Virus record (IMG/VR): IMGVR_UViG_3300042350_003685
Coordinates: 4,317 to 68,316 of that record
Strand: one strand, 5' to 3'
Length of the DNA: 64,000 bases
From: a virus
Shown: piece by piece, positions 10,501-19,426 of the stretch
How positions within the stretch are numbered: position 1 is the stretch's first letter
Layout of the letters: each line of letters opens with the position of its first letter
Notes under the pieces: generated by a model
Databases searched by the model: none
Told to the model about the DNA's origin: nothing
The model's input: only the letters and a program-made list of their open reading frames with translations
Program-made: the position numbers and the translations under genes

Positions 10501-12915
10501 GCTATCCGAGTTACAACTTTTCAAGGAGGTGGTGGTAATAGTGCAGGAGCACCAAGCTGGAGTCCAGGTGGCGGTGGTGGAGCTGGCGGTAATGGAGCAG
10601 CTGGCACTGCTGGATCAGTGGGCGGTACCGGCGCTCGTGGTGGCAACGGAGGTCCTGGCAAAACAGTTGCGCTGGGCAACACAGGAAGAACATATACTCT
10701 AGCTGGCGGTGGTGGTGGTGCCGCTGGATACTACCAACCTGGTCCATTTGTGGGCTATGGACAAGCAGGCGGTGGCGATGGCGCCTCGGGTACCGGTCCA
10801 GAAATTGAATTCACAAGAGCACAACTTTACACTATCTGGGTACCCACTGGTGTGACCACAATGTACTTTGAGGGAGTTGGTGCTGGTGGTGGTGGCGGTG
10901 GTGGTTCAACTCGCGGCTCTGGTGGCGGTGGCAGTGGTGCATATTTGACAAAAACTGCTTATTCTGTAACTGCTGGACAACAGATTGATATCACAGTTGG
11001 GCCAGGCGGCGCCAGCAATGCAACAGGTGGCAACACAATAATAAGATTCTATGCCAAGGATTCAATACCTGCTTCAACAGTGACCTTGGGTGGCGGCTTT
11101 CCTGGAACATCCACTGGTAACACACCATTGGGCGGCAAAGGAGGAGCACCCAATGGACAAACAGGTGATAGTGGTGGTCAAGGCGACAGTCCCAATTTCA
11201 GTAGCGGATCAGGAGCATCATCTCCCTATGGTGAAGGTGGTGGTGGTATCACAGTAACATCCAACGCCAAGCCCGGTGCAGGCGGACGTGGTGCTGGTGG
11301 CGGCGGCGGCAGCAACAAAGTTGCTGGTGGTCGAGGCGGCGACGGTTATGTTTTAGCCACTTGGTCGGGCAACTATTCAATAGACGCACAGCCTAACACA
11401 GGCAGTGGTGGCGGTGGCGGGTTTGATGGTGGTGGTGGATCAGGTGGTACAGGTTTTGTGGCTATTGCTTATCCAGGCGCTCCCATCTACACCTACATAG
11501 TTGGCGGACGACCCGTGCCACCCATACAACAGAATGGCTACACTATTCACGAATGCCGTCAAAGCGGTGAGCTGGTGTTCCAACCAGATGTTCCAGAAGG
11601 CAAATTATATCGTGGCAGCGGAGTAACTCCTGCTGGCACTGACTACCCATACTATGTTCAAGGTGTGGCCTATGGAGGAGTTGGTCGTGACAACACCGAC
11701 GTATTCCCAGTTAGAAGCAGCAACTACACTGACTTCTTGAACAATTATGGCGTTTGGAATCAAAGCCCAACGTCATCAAGTTTTGACCGTACCTACAGTT
11801 TTTACATCGCAAAAGAAGCCAGCTATCAATTCCAAGCAGCAGCTGACAATGGAGCTCAGGTATTTGTTGACGGAGGCATAGTGATTGACATGACTCCTGC
11901 TAATCGAGACAACGGAACCTACTGGCAACGCAATGGTCTAACAGCCACTAAAAAACTGGGTGTGGGCATGCACACTCTTAAAATATCAGCTACCAATCTA
12001 AATCTACAAGGTGCTTTTGCTTTGACCATCACAGAAGTTGGCACTCAAAACATGGTGTTCAACTCAAGACGTCCACCAGTGCCCAGTGGCAGTCCACAGG
12101 GTGGTGATGGACTGATTATTTTAGAGTTCAAAGGCGGTGAAGGCACTGCAAAGGTCAAGGTCAATAACGCTTGGAAACAGATCATAGGTCAGTGGGTAAA
12201 GATTGACGGTGTGTGGAAACGTATCGCCGGCAGTGCAGTCAAGGTCAACGGAGTATGGAGATCACTGTTTGGCTCTGTGCCTATTTCAGTAACAGTTGAT
12301 CCCAATAACTTTGGTGGACCTCCAGCACCTGGCATACCAACTGCACCCCCTCCTCCCAGCAGTGGAGGTGGAGGCGGTGGTGGTGGATGTAAGATTATCT
12401 GCAACAAGTTGGCTGAAATGGGCTTCTTTGATCCCGAAATGAACGACGCAGATCAAAGATTTGGTATGCTGTTAAGAGACACTGATCCAGATGCCTACAA
12501 TGGTTATCTACGTTGGGCAGGGCCAGTGGTTGATCTACTGGAAGGTGGCGGTAGTGCTACGTTTAGAAAGATTGTATTCCCGTGGTTGAGGGATGAACAG
12601 GCTCGACGTGACCTACAGATCAAAATTGTAGCTCACTATCTAGACGGTATAGCAAGACCCTGGGCAGAAGAAATGGCATATAGAATGAAAGCCCGCGGAT
12701 ATGAAAAGTCCAACCCTGCAGGTAGGTTCATTATGAATGTTGGTTTGCCAATGTGTAGAATCATAGCCAAATTTGGCCGCGGCAAGTCTATGCCAATGTG
12801 GGCCAAGACAGCGGTGATTTGGGGCACAACAACTGTGCTGCTGTGTATCATTACAGTGATATCCGGCACCGACAACATAATTAAGCGTATCAAGAAATTT
12901 TTGAAACGAGACTGA
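7528..12915 (+). CDS. Glycine-rich receptor-binding/fibre protein with PA14-like and LamG/ConA-like domains and a C-terminal 'KIIC' domain with transmembrane tail
   Basis: Polyglycine blocks; two AADN PA14-like motifs; FTIEAWV...IG....WQGYLGDVRLW LamG motif; KVNNAWK/KIDGVWK/KVNGVWR repeats. Confidence 0.8.
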   Translation: MSTARKIFTYTNGRQVFVMPDGYERQVSYHMWAGGGGAGGDSGAFTGGNGAAGTYLTGSFNADPGDRIEVIVGGGGQEGRSLDANKKLYSCTIEGTGASGVGPTASYGFVNDPTKAIYPRYNDPLATRTFDRWNAFMNAWAVSNLPSNRPGTEEVTNNIYFPEAGQYKLQIAADNTVTWSFGNFTTTTKDNFANGPFERTISVPEPGVYELRYTLTNASSSSGNPAGCAILITRNNPAYMGGGNVITYPGGASMKNVIWSTRFGPNVDVTDQVPLLYAPVVDFYRPQSSYNWAGVPEVGLCFISDNSTWTEAELNRLNLNFNKVISLSYPVTITGNGNIDQVCATGYYTFKRGQTWELSRYNWIGNPTNNNNMQGRGTGTPSNWTERQWYNDNASGRSRNKEFAKWQLPVPPADTLYIVGYADGVIYNAPSQRGSDNLTWTVNSTVSQFYAGGAGGKSATNESDKKYNYYGGYGGQIGTNQTSGGGGGGGGSSYIAVSKATQTTIPNPDNDRLLANWYNDIQPPVWYNELGKPSGVNLTVGAGASAAIMPGRSPQLRSLLVNGTTTSNASCASLGDLNISGLDANNKPKPFTIEAWVRATGPGVNPGGFGGEIINKDYEYEIARMANGRIIFAVDWGQGINNSYPGSGWIFTNYFLPQDTSALISMVFFDNDTILYVDAVKKWQASVDGFSSSGTGAINSFSVPRYKPRFTSYKLFIGSRTDLNQNWQGYLGDVRLWREARTQQQIYDNMFGISFTRTAVTYQKSRVGVAIAGGGGGGGGAGFKGDGGDGNNDYLIAPQPNPNSIGAGGVGASAFNSGGGGGGGGGGCDGAIGGKAATSGTGSGGDGGYTGGSQVVTVNLNPPTADFVMVGRGGDGGNGGGGGAGGLSTGQIQLRKYQYIQVGGTDDAKIEGGASAIWFDERTYWAVGPGGRGGYINSPWAKNGNGQNGGCLQDNTNTNKFNGSGGGAGTGSTKATASGGSSKGHPPGVNPAIRVTTFQGGGGNSAGAPSWSPGGGGGAGGNGAAGTAGSVGGTGARGGNGGPGKTVALGNTGRTYTLAGGGGGAAGYYQPGPFVGYGQAGGGDGASGTGPEIEFTRAQLYTIWVPTGVTTMYFEGVGAGGGGGGGSTRGSGGGGSGAYLTKTAYSVTAGQQIDITVGPGGASNATGGNTIIRFYAKDSIPASTVTLGGGFPGTSTGNTPLGGKGGAPNGQTGDSGGQGDSPNFSSGSGASSPYGEGGGGITVTSNAKPGAGGRGAGGGGGSNKVAGGRGGDGYVLATWSGNYSIDAQPNTGSGGGGGFDGGGGSGGTGFVAIAYPGAPIYTYIVGGRPVPPIQQNGYTIHECRQSGELVFQPDVPEGKLYRGSGVTPAGTDYPYYVQGVAYGGVGRDNTDVFPVRSSNYTDFLNNYGVWNQSPTSSSFDRTYSFYIAKEASYQFQAAADNGAQVFVDGGIVIDMTPANRDNGTYWQRNGLTATKKLGVGMHTLKISATNLNLQGAFALTITEVGTQNMVFNSRRPPVPSGSPQGGDGLIILEFKGGEGTAKVKVNNAWKQIIGQWVKIDGVWKRIAGSAVKVNGVWRSLFGSVPISVTVDPNNFGGPPAPGIPTAPPPPSSGGGGGGGGCKIICNKLAEMGFFDPEMNDADQRFGMLLRDTDPDAYNGYLRWAGPVVDLLEGGGSATFRKIVFPWLRDEQARRDLQIKIVAHYLDGIARPWAEEMAYRMKARGYEKSNPAGRFIMNVGLPMCRIIAKFGRGKSMPMWAKTAVIWGTTTVLLCIITVISGTDNIIKRIKKFLKRD

Positions 12916-12916
12916 A

Positions 12917-13330
12917 ATGGGAATCAGTATACAGGAGTTTTTGGCAGGCCGTGAGCCTTGTGCAGTATGCGAAGAGTCAGGTGATCAACATCATTGCATC
13001 ACTGAACTACTGAGTAGAGTTGACAGTTGTATACTCTACAATGCCATGGGTCTGAATCAAACATCAGAAATACTCAATGACACCGCGTTGCTGCAAGAGT
13101 TGAGATCGGTTTCGAACCCCACTCAGGTATTAGATTATTACATACGAAGTCAAGCTATTACAACGGACATCAACTCTAGGCCCAATCGTGAAGACATTTG
13201 GAATCACATTTATAATCAGTACATTCCACCTATCTTGACCCTGTTACGCGATAGACAGCGCGAAGCCACAATGAATGCCATCATGGCACTGGTCACAGAA
13301 CTAGAACGCAGCTACGGTGTTAAACATTAA
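12917..13330 (+). CDS. Degenerate CFI-box-CTERM-like protein
   Basis: Pattern L.ELR...YY..S..I...IN......IW..IY..YI..I...L......A......V..L resembles the CFI-box-CTERM helical domain. Confidence 0.45.
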   Translation: MGISIQEFLAGREPCAVCEESGDQHHCITELLSRVDSCILYNAMGLNQTSEILNDTALLQELRSVSNPTQVLDYYIRSQAITTDINSRPNREDIWNHIYNQYIPPILTLLRDRQREATMNAIMALVTELERSYGVKH

Positions 13331-13643
13331 AGCTTGAACCACAGCCACAGGTGGTAGTGGCGTTGGGATTTTTGATTGTGAAGCTGGATCCATGAATGTC
13401 TTCAACATAGTCAATGTTGGCGCCCTGAAGATACTGAGCACTCATTGAGTCTACCAAGAACTTGATGCCTTGAATGTCTAGATCCCAGTCATCTTCGTTT
13501 TGAACTTCATCAAAAGTAAATCCATATTGAAATCCAGAGCAACCACCGCCTTGTACAAACACACGTAGTTTGAGATCTGGATTGCCTTCTTCTTGAATTA
13601 ATTCACGTACTTTTTGCACACAGTTTTCAGTTACATTCAACAT
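13320..13643 (-). CDS. erpA: Iron-sulfur cluster insertion protein ErpA (HesB/IscA family)
   Basis: [21 protein letters not shown] and CGCGSSF motifs. Confidence 0.92.
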   Translation of the reverse strand: MLNVTENCVQKVRELIQEEGNPDLKLRVFVQGGGCSGFQYGFTFDEVQNEDDWDLDIQGIKFLVDSMSAQYLQGANIDYVEDIHGSSFTIKNPNATTTCGCGSSFNV

Positions 13644-14500
13644 ATATTTTTACTCCTTATGATTTCCAGGGCCTGGTTAATTGCATCAAAATCTACATCA
13701 CAATGATCACTAAACAAACCAGGCTGTCCTTTTATCTGCCCTCGTATGCCGCGATCACACACAGCGTTGTATTGTGTATTTAAATCGTTTAGTGTGTCAA
13801 GACTATTGAACACAAATCTGTTTTGTATCATGGTTTTTCCTGACCTAAGATACCTATACCAGTTGCCTAGGAGTTCATATTCACTAAACCAACGTATCAT
13901 GCGATGTTGACCAAATGGCTCAAGTGGCACATGATCAATGATGCAGGTCCAATCCTGTTGGATGGTTTGTCTGATACGCTCTCGACACTGATACCAATCA
14001 GACGCCAACACAGGCATGAATTCAGTAACAAAGCTTGCTGTGGTCTGTCTCTTGATACCTAGCACGTTTTCAAGTGTTTGGTAATATCCCTGATAATGAT
14101 ACTGTTCGGGCAGCACAAAATGACACAATTGACCTTGATCATAGTATTGATACTCAGCTATCAAGAAGGTGTCAGGATCTTGAATCAAAAAAACTTGACT
14201 TTGGATACTGTCCAGTGCTGCTAGCTTTAGAGCCTGTTGCTTCAGCCAACCAGCTCTGAAATTTTTTGGATCTTGCCATTTTGCTATGCCAGGATATTGA
14301 ACAATCAAATCATCATCTGCTATTACCACAAAGTTCAACGCAGGAAAGCTATGTGATATCGTATCGGTAACTGCCTGGACAGGCAAAGGAGTTATGATAA
14401 CTGTGCAGTTGGGTCTGGGATCAAGCAAATGATCATGATGTAGTGACAATATCAAATTGCCCAATCTCTGTGGGCCAACTGTTATGATCCTGGTGATCAC
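13637..14500 (-). CDS. DUF6492-like putative glycosyltransferase-fold protein
   Basis: [10 protein letters not shown]...DPD and FSEYELLGN motifs. Confidence 0.55.
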   Translation of the reverse strand: MITRIITVGPQRLGNLILSLHHDHLLDPRPNCTVIITPLPVQAVTDTISHSFPALNFVVIADDDLIVQYPGIAKWQDPKNFRAGWLKQQALKLAALDSIQSQVFLIQDPDTFLIAEYQYYDQGQLCHFVLPEQYHYQGYYQTLENVLGIKRQTTASFVTEFMPVLASDWYQCRERIRQTIQQDWTCIIDHVPLEPFGQHRMIRWFSEYELLGNWYRYLRSGKTMIQNRFVFNSLDTLNDLNTQYNAVCDRGIRGQIKGQPGLFSDHCDVDFDAINQALEIIRSKNIC

Positions 14501-15057
14501 AGTCGATCGCTGATCACGTCCCAGTTTATGATACGCCAGATATTGTCAAGATAGCGTTGCTTGTCGCTTTGGTAATCCAGTGCCCAGGCATGCTCCCACC
14601 AGTCTACTAGCAATGCGATATCCGTGCGGACTTGGTGGTTGGGAATAGTTTTGATTTCGCCCTGAGTGGAGAGATATATCCAACCCGAGCCCTGTATAGC
14701 CATTGCTTTTTCCGTGAATTGATCTTTGAAATCTTCATAGGTTTTAAATTTTTCTTCTATCAGCGTGGCCACTGCACCGCGGGGACGGTTGGCTGCTTTT
14801 GGCTCTCGGAATTGAGGGAAGAATCGATTATGTAGAAAACTACCAGCACGATTAAAATTAGCATTACCTTCACCGGCGTTATATCGTTTTGCATATCCCT
14901 TGGCCAAGTTTTCATAATGATAATCAAGAGTCTCTGCACTCATCACAGGCTCAAGATCACGTACACCATAAGGCAACGGTGTAGTCTCTAGTTTAGCAGG
15001 TCTAGTGCTTGCTTCCAGCAGGTCTAGCGTTTGTCTTAAATGCGGCAAGGTGTCCAT
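14497..15057 (-). CDS. Fe/Mn superoxide dismutase
   Basis: LPYG...LEP.MS.ETLDYHY, FLHNRFF, QGSGW and DWWEHAW; all four metal ligands present. Confidence 0.9.
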   Translation of the reverse strand: MDTLPHLRQTLDLLEASTRPAKLETTPLPYGVRDLEPVMSAETLDYHYENLAKGYAKRYNAGEGNANFNRAGSFLHNRFFPQFREPKAANRPRGAVATLIEEKFKTYEDFKDQFTEKAMAIQGSGWIYLSTQGEIKTIPNHQVRTDIALLVDWWEHAWALDYQSDKQRYLDNIWRIINWDVISDRL

Positions 15058-15065
15058 ATACCTAT

Positions 15066-15284
15066 TTATCGGCGTCTTACTATACGTCCGCGGCTCACAT
15101 CATAGGGGCTGAACTCTATCTCTACCCTGTCGCCCAACAGCACCTTGATGTTGTGTTGACGCATTTTACCTGATATCACACCCATGACCAAGTTTGGTGC
15201 ATTGTCCAACTTCACTCGAAATGTAGCATTGGGCAAGACTTCCACGATCTCGCCCTCCATTAAAAAAGTTTCTTCTTTAGCCAA
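15066..15284 (-). CDS. infA: Translation initiation factor IF-1
   Basis: [22 protein letters not shown]...ISGKMR...I.VL.GDRV..E.SPYD..RGRI. Confidence 0.95.
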   Translation of the reverse strand: MAKEETFLMEGEIVEVLPNATFRVKLDNAPNLVMGVISGKMRQHNIKVLLGDRVEIEFSPYDVSRGRIVRRR

Positions 15285-15648
15285 TCTTGAACTCTATTCT
15301 TTTCAATCTATCCCATCTAAAACTGCGCCATGCAGCTTGATCCATGTCCCATACAGCGCATACATCTTGGTTGACTTTTTTAGCAGGTTTTTTGATTTCT
15401 GCTATGTCACCGCTGCCTGGGTCAACTGCTATTTCTTGATACTTTGCACCAAAAGCACTATTTAACGTACAGTTCATAACTCTAGTAGAACCATCGCTTT
15501 TTACAAACTCAATCAGTACAGGTCCATCCCATAGAAGACCTTTAAAGAATTCGCGAAACTTTTCACGCTCTGGTTCAACTGCCTCACTGTAGTAGTTACC
15601 TGGTGTGCCCTGCAGGCGATTCCACATACTCTGTTGTTCAAAGTTCAT
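15277..15648 (-). CDS. SH3 beta-barrel / WYL_2-like phage protein
   Basis: F.KSDGS.R.M.CTL ... VWD....WRSFR.D motif. Confidence 0.7.
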   Translation of the reverse strand: MNFEQQSMWNRLQGTPGNYYSEAVEPEREKFREFFKGLLWDGPVLIEFVKSDGSTRVMNCTLNSAFGAKYQEIAVDPGSGDIAEIKKPAKKVNQDVCAVWDMDQAAWRSFRWDRLKRIEFKIG

Positions 15649-16530
15649 TTAGTCCTCTAGTTCAATAATTTTGGGTTGATGACCGTTGGCACGAGCTTCG
15701 TAGCCAATGTAACCGCGTGGATTACACACCACACGAGTTGATCCAATTGTGTAGTCAAAATCATCGTGCATGTGACCATGTGTCCATAACTGAATTTCTG
15801 GATAGTCTAACATCACGTTGCTAAGATCGCTGGCATAGCAACCATTCATCTGGTAATCATGTTGGTACTTGTCATGAATACTGAGCATGCTGGGCGCATG
15901 ATGTCCTACAACGATCACACGGTTGTTGTTGATATCCTGCGCTCGACGTTGATCCAGTGTGTTCTTCAACCATTTCACTGTGCTGTCATGTTCGCTGAGT
16001 GCATCCGTGGGCAGGAATTTCCAGTTACCTGTGCGGCGTCCTTTCACACTATGCTTAACTGCTTGAAAGTCACGCATCATGTGCTCGGCTGATTGCAGAG
16101 TTAATGGATCTCTACGATTAAAATCAGTCCACAAAGTGCCACCAAGGAAAGTATATCCGTGGAGTTCTACCTGGCTTTGATTTAAAAAATGCACGTTGCG
16201 CAGGTTAAGTCTGTGCAACATGTCTGTAATGATTTCGTGACTGCGACTGTAGTCGCCATGATAGTGTTCATGATTACCCATGACATACACCACATCACGA
16301 TACCATAAACTGGCTTCTTGAAAAAATTCTTGATACATTATGCCACGCTTGGCACGTTCAAATCCTGAATGTGCGTCTGCGTCCCAGCCCCCGGGTATTT
16401 TGCCAACAGCACGAATGTCTTCTGCCACACAGATATCACCGCTGAGAATCAGCACATCCGCACCATGTGGGTTGTCTATGGCGTAGTCACCAAACTCTAG
16501 ATGTACATCGCTAGTTAACGCAATTTTCAT
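15649..16530 (-). CDS. Calcineurin-like metallophosphoesterase
   Basis: SDVH, GD, GNHE, HH and GHMH motifs. Confidence 0.9.
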   Translation of the reverse strand: MKIALTSDVHLEFGDYAIDNPHGADVLILSGDICVAEDIRAVGKIPGGWDADAHSGFERAKRGIMYQEFFQEASLWYRDVVYVMGNHEHYHGDYSRSHEIITDMLHRLNLRNVHFLNQSQVELHGYTFLGGTLWTDFNRRDPLTLQSAEHMMRDFQAVKHSVKGRRTGNWKFLPTDALSEHDSTVKWLKNTLDQRRAQDINNNRVIVVGHHAPSMLSIHDKYQHDYQMNGCYASDLSNVMLDYPEIQLWTHGHMHDDFDYTIGSTRVVCNPRGYIGYEARANGHQPKIIELED

Positions 16531-16747
16531 TTATATCCATTGGAATGTAAGCGGGCCAGCCAGTTAAAAATAACAATCTATCTTGCTCGTGTGTAAAATT
16601 AAAATCCATGAAGTCTACATTGGGTGATGTGGTGTATCTATCACCGGGCAGGCCAAATACTTCAACAACACGTGACAACATGTTGGACCAATTTGGCCAA
16701 CCAGCCAAAGTGGGATGATCATAGTTTATTCTAGCTCGATAGATCAT
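16511..16747 (-). CDS. Small hypothetical protein, possible distant member of the 'F..E.D...F.L.W' family
   Basis: C-terminal FNFTHEQDRLLFLTGW; overlapping start/stop with neighbours. Confidence 0.55.
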   Translation of the reverse strand: MIYRARINYDHPTLAGWPNWSNMLSRVVEVFGLPGDRYTTSPNVDFMDFNFTHEQDRLLFLTGWPAYIPMDINENCVN

Positions 16748-17160
16748 CTACGCATCCTTGCAATGTCCTTGGCATCGTCGTCACTGAAGATAGGCACAGC
16801 ATTGCTCTTGTGCATGGTACCTATGCCCATGATCTTGGTGCCTGTGTATTTCTGCGGCGCCTTGGTAGTAACAGCACCTTTCACACCTGTGTCAACGCTG
16901 GGTAGCCTTGCAGTATCACTACCGCGATGATTGAGACTATAGTCCTTGAGAGGCTTGAATGCTGTGCGTGGCATACGAGGATCAGCTGGCACACGTTTTG
17001 CAGAAAAGTTGGGCGCAAGTTTTGCCCATTCGGCCTGCTTGTTATCCCACTCAGCCTTGAGTTCGCGCTCTCGGCGAGCAGCGTCAGCACTTTGATATCG
17101 ACGCTTGCTGCGCCGCTTGCCTGTAGTAGTAAGCCAAGGACCTTCAAGATGCATGCTCAT
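16744..17160 (-). CDS. Conserved T4-like phage protein (YTG...GI.TMHKSNAVP...A..IA.MRR C-terminus)
   Basis: C-terminal motif common in T4-like phages; GGAG RBS; sigma70 promoter at 17193-17221. Confidence 0.7.
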   Translation of the reverse strand: MSMHLEGPWLTTTGKRRSKRRYQSADAARRERELKAEWDNKQAEWAKLAPNFSAKRVPADPRMPRTAFKPLKDYSLNHRGSDTARLPSVDTGVKGAVTTKAPQKYTGTKIMGIGTMHKSNAVPIFSDDDAKDIARMRR

Positions 17161-17192
17161 AAACGGTCTCCAAAGTAGTACATCATACCGTT

Positions 17193-17221
17193 ATTATAGC
17201 ATATCCAAAATTTGTGGTCAA
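17193..17221 (-). promoter_or_regulatory. Sigma70-type early promoter
   Basis: TTGACC-N17-TATAAT; the TGA stop of the upstream gene lies inside the -35 box. Confidence 0.85.
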
Positions 17222-17568
17222 GCGGATTTCTTGGTCTCTAGATCTTGTATGCTGCGCTCAATAGCAGCACAAAGTTCACGAGCAGTTGCACGATTCATAA
17301 TGAAATCGCCCTGTCTTGTGGCATGTCCTGTGAACAACACACGCCAGGCTTCCATTACTCGGTTGAAACCGGACTTCCAAAAAGGCACATAGATGTCCTT
17401 GTAGAAGGTCACAGTGATATCGTCGCAATCTAATTCGGGAGTGACTTCTACCCAAACATCAAGATCATGTTGATTGCTTAAACAATCGCATGCTAGTCTA
17501 AATGAGTGAGCATCTCGCCATTCACCAGTACGCATGATATTTTTTACGGGTTGAGAAGTAGTGTCCAT
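17218..17568 (-). CDS. Hypothetical protein, probably leaderless
   Basis: TTGACG-N17-TATCAT promoter at 17575-17603 ends 6 nt before the ATG. Confidence 0.65.
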   Translation of the reverse strand: MDTTSQPVKNIMRTGEWRDAHSFRLACDCLSNQHDLDVWVEVTPELDCDDITVTFYKDIYVPFWKSGFNRVMEAWRVLFTGHATRQGDFIMNRATARELCAAIERSIQDLETKKSA

Positions 17569-17611
17569 GCAAACATGATAATTGAAAAAACGTGAGCCGT
17601 CAACCTAGAGT

Positions 17612-17950
17612 TTATCGGAAAAAGATCATGGCCATAAACAGGCTCTGCAACATGAATCCCACCGATATCACAATAGCGATTAGATGATTTCGGACCACCA
17701 AACTCTGACAGAACATTGCAATCAAGCCTGCCCATACCAATACTACCATGTCAAGCATTGGCATTCGGTCAGTCCATGCCATCATCACACTGAGCAAACT
17801 AGGCAGTGTGGTGGCATGTAGCAATATCACTGTGAGCAGTTGCAGTGCTGTGGAACTTATGTGTGGTGTGTGTTCACGCAACCACTGTAGACCTTGATCA
17901 GCACTGAACTGCAAGTTGATTTGTTTGAGTTGATCCAAAATTTTCATCAT
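17612..17950 (-). CDS. Hypothetical membrane protein (about 3 TM segments)
   Basis: Hydrophobic segments; ATGA overlap with the upstream hydrolase gene. Confidence 0.6.
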   Translation of the reverse strand: MMKILDQLKQINLQFSADQGLQWLREHTPHISSTALQLLTVILLHATTLPSLLSVMMAWTDRMPMLDMVVLVWAGLIAMFCQSLVVRNHLIAIVISVGFMLQSLFMAMIFFR

Positions 17951-18492
17951 GTCGCCTGTTTCTTAGGGTTGTAAAAGATGTGCCTACCAATCTTGATGAT
18001 TGGCTGGTGCGGCCACCTGGGGTTCACGTAGTCGGCATGATAGTACATGGCATTTTTCAAGCTAGGTAGTCTGAAACCTTCCAAAAGAACTTTCTTGGCG
18101 GCTTCACGGCTTTCCTCCCACATCGCACGATTGATCGGACGATTCTGCTCACTTCCATCACAGAGCCAACTAAATTGACATACTACAGTAGAGTGGAATA
18201 CAGTTTTTTGAGAAATAACCTGGCAGACATCTTTGGGGAACAACCCACTGGCTGCTCGATTCATTACTACCTGTGCCACAGCGATTTTTCCTTCTGCCGG
18301 TTCGAAAGCAGCTTCATAATATATGTTTCTGGTCATGCAATTGACCTGACGGTCAATGTCTGAAACAGAAGTCTTATGAAGGTTCTCGCTGCTATTTATA
18401 TCCTTGTACTTGATATCAACTGCCCACTTAACAATGTTGAATGATACCAACAGTGCCAATGCGAACAGTACGGTTCGTATAATTGTAGCCAT
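17947..18492 (-). CDS. Cell wall hydrolase, SleB/Hydrolase_2 family, N-terminal membrane anchor
   Basis: C...NIYYEA..E..EGKIAVAQVVMNR, CQFSW, YYHADYVNPRW and IGRHIFY motifs; start placed at the ATG with an AAGGGAG RBS. Confidence 0.9.
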   Translation of the reverse strand: MATIIRTVLFALALLVSFNIVKWAVDIKYKDINSSENLHKTSVSDIDRQVNCMTRNIYYEAAFEPAEGKIAVAQVVMNRAASGLFPKDVCQVISQKTVFHSTVVCQFSWLCDGSEQNRPINRAMWEESREAAKKVLLEGFRLPSLKNAMYYHADYVNPRWPHQPIIKIGRHIFYNPKKQAT

Positions 18493-18652
18493 ATCTAAAT
18501 CTCCCTTTGGGGATACCCACAAATCTGATGATGTGTTACTTTTCTCAGTCATAAGCATCCTTGAAAGTTTTTCATGGTAGTTTTATATATGGTGCAGATA
18601 AAGTAAGATATACGTAGATAAAACTAAAAGTAGTATATTACTTGAGATTGAA

Positions 18653-19426
18653 TTATTTGTCAAATCTGCACACCGGAATTGGCCTCATTTTATGCAGGTT
18701 TTGGCGCCGTAAACGGCGATATTGCTGCAATTTAGCCAAATCGGATTGAGAAACTGATCGACGAATTTTCTTTTTGGGCTGCTTATCCAGCTCCATCATG
18801 CGTTCAAGCTCAGCATAATCCATGCCAAGTTGATCCCGATCAGTGCGACCATCAGCCCAAAGTCCATCAGTGGGTTCGGCCTCGATGATTTCCTTGAGAA
18901 CGCCTAGTTCGCGTCCCATGTCCCAGACCTCGGTCTTGAGACAGTCTGCAATGGGGCTAATGTCAACACCACCATCGCCATACTTGGTGAAGAATCCCAC
19001 ACCAAAATCTTCTACTAGGTTACCTGTGCCCACAACAATGCCAGAATTGGCCTGCGCCAATTGATACAGTGTCATCATGCGCAGTCTTGATCGACTGTTA
19101 GCATAGGCTAATTCGTCACTGAAAACTCTAGTGGCTGTTTCAAAATGTTCAAATGTGTCAGTCAAATCAATATTGTAATGATCAGTGTAGGTAAAGTTAC
19201 TCAATAACCAAGAGCAATGAGCAAGACTGAGTTTATGAGTGTGTTCACTTTGCCTAATAGGCATGCTCACAGCCAAAGTGTATATACCGGTGTGAGCACA
19301 CAGGGTTGATACCACAGCCGAATCAATGCCACCACTGACACCAACTACCAATGATTTTATGTCATGTTTTTTGGCGTAGTCTGTGATCCACCTAACTATG
19401 TGTTTGATTCGTTGCTTGGTTTTCAA
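18653..19426 (-). CDS. nadE: NH3-dependent NAD+ synthetase
   Basis: GVSGGIDSAV, N.RSRLRM, VGTGN..E..VGFFTKYGDGG.D..PI and PTDGLW motifs. Confidence 0.93.
   Translation of the reverse strand: MKTKQRIKHIVRWITDYAKKHDIKSLVVGVSGGIDSAVVSTLCAHTGIYTLAVSMPIRQSEHTHKLSLAHCSWLLSNFTYTDHYNIDLTDTFEHFETATRVFSDELAYANSRSRLRMMTLYQLAQANSGIVVGTGNLVEDFGVGFFTKYGDGGVDISPIADCLKTEVWDMGRELGVLKEIIEAEPTDGLWADGRTDRDQLGMDYAELERMMELDKQPKKKIRRSVSQSDLAKLQQYRRLRRQNLHKMRPIPVCRFDK

Noticed and set aside
9840-11460. GGT/GGC-rich low-complexity tracts as DNA repeat elements
   Set aside because: They are explained by polyglycine coding with varied third positions.
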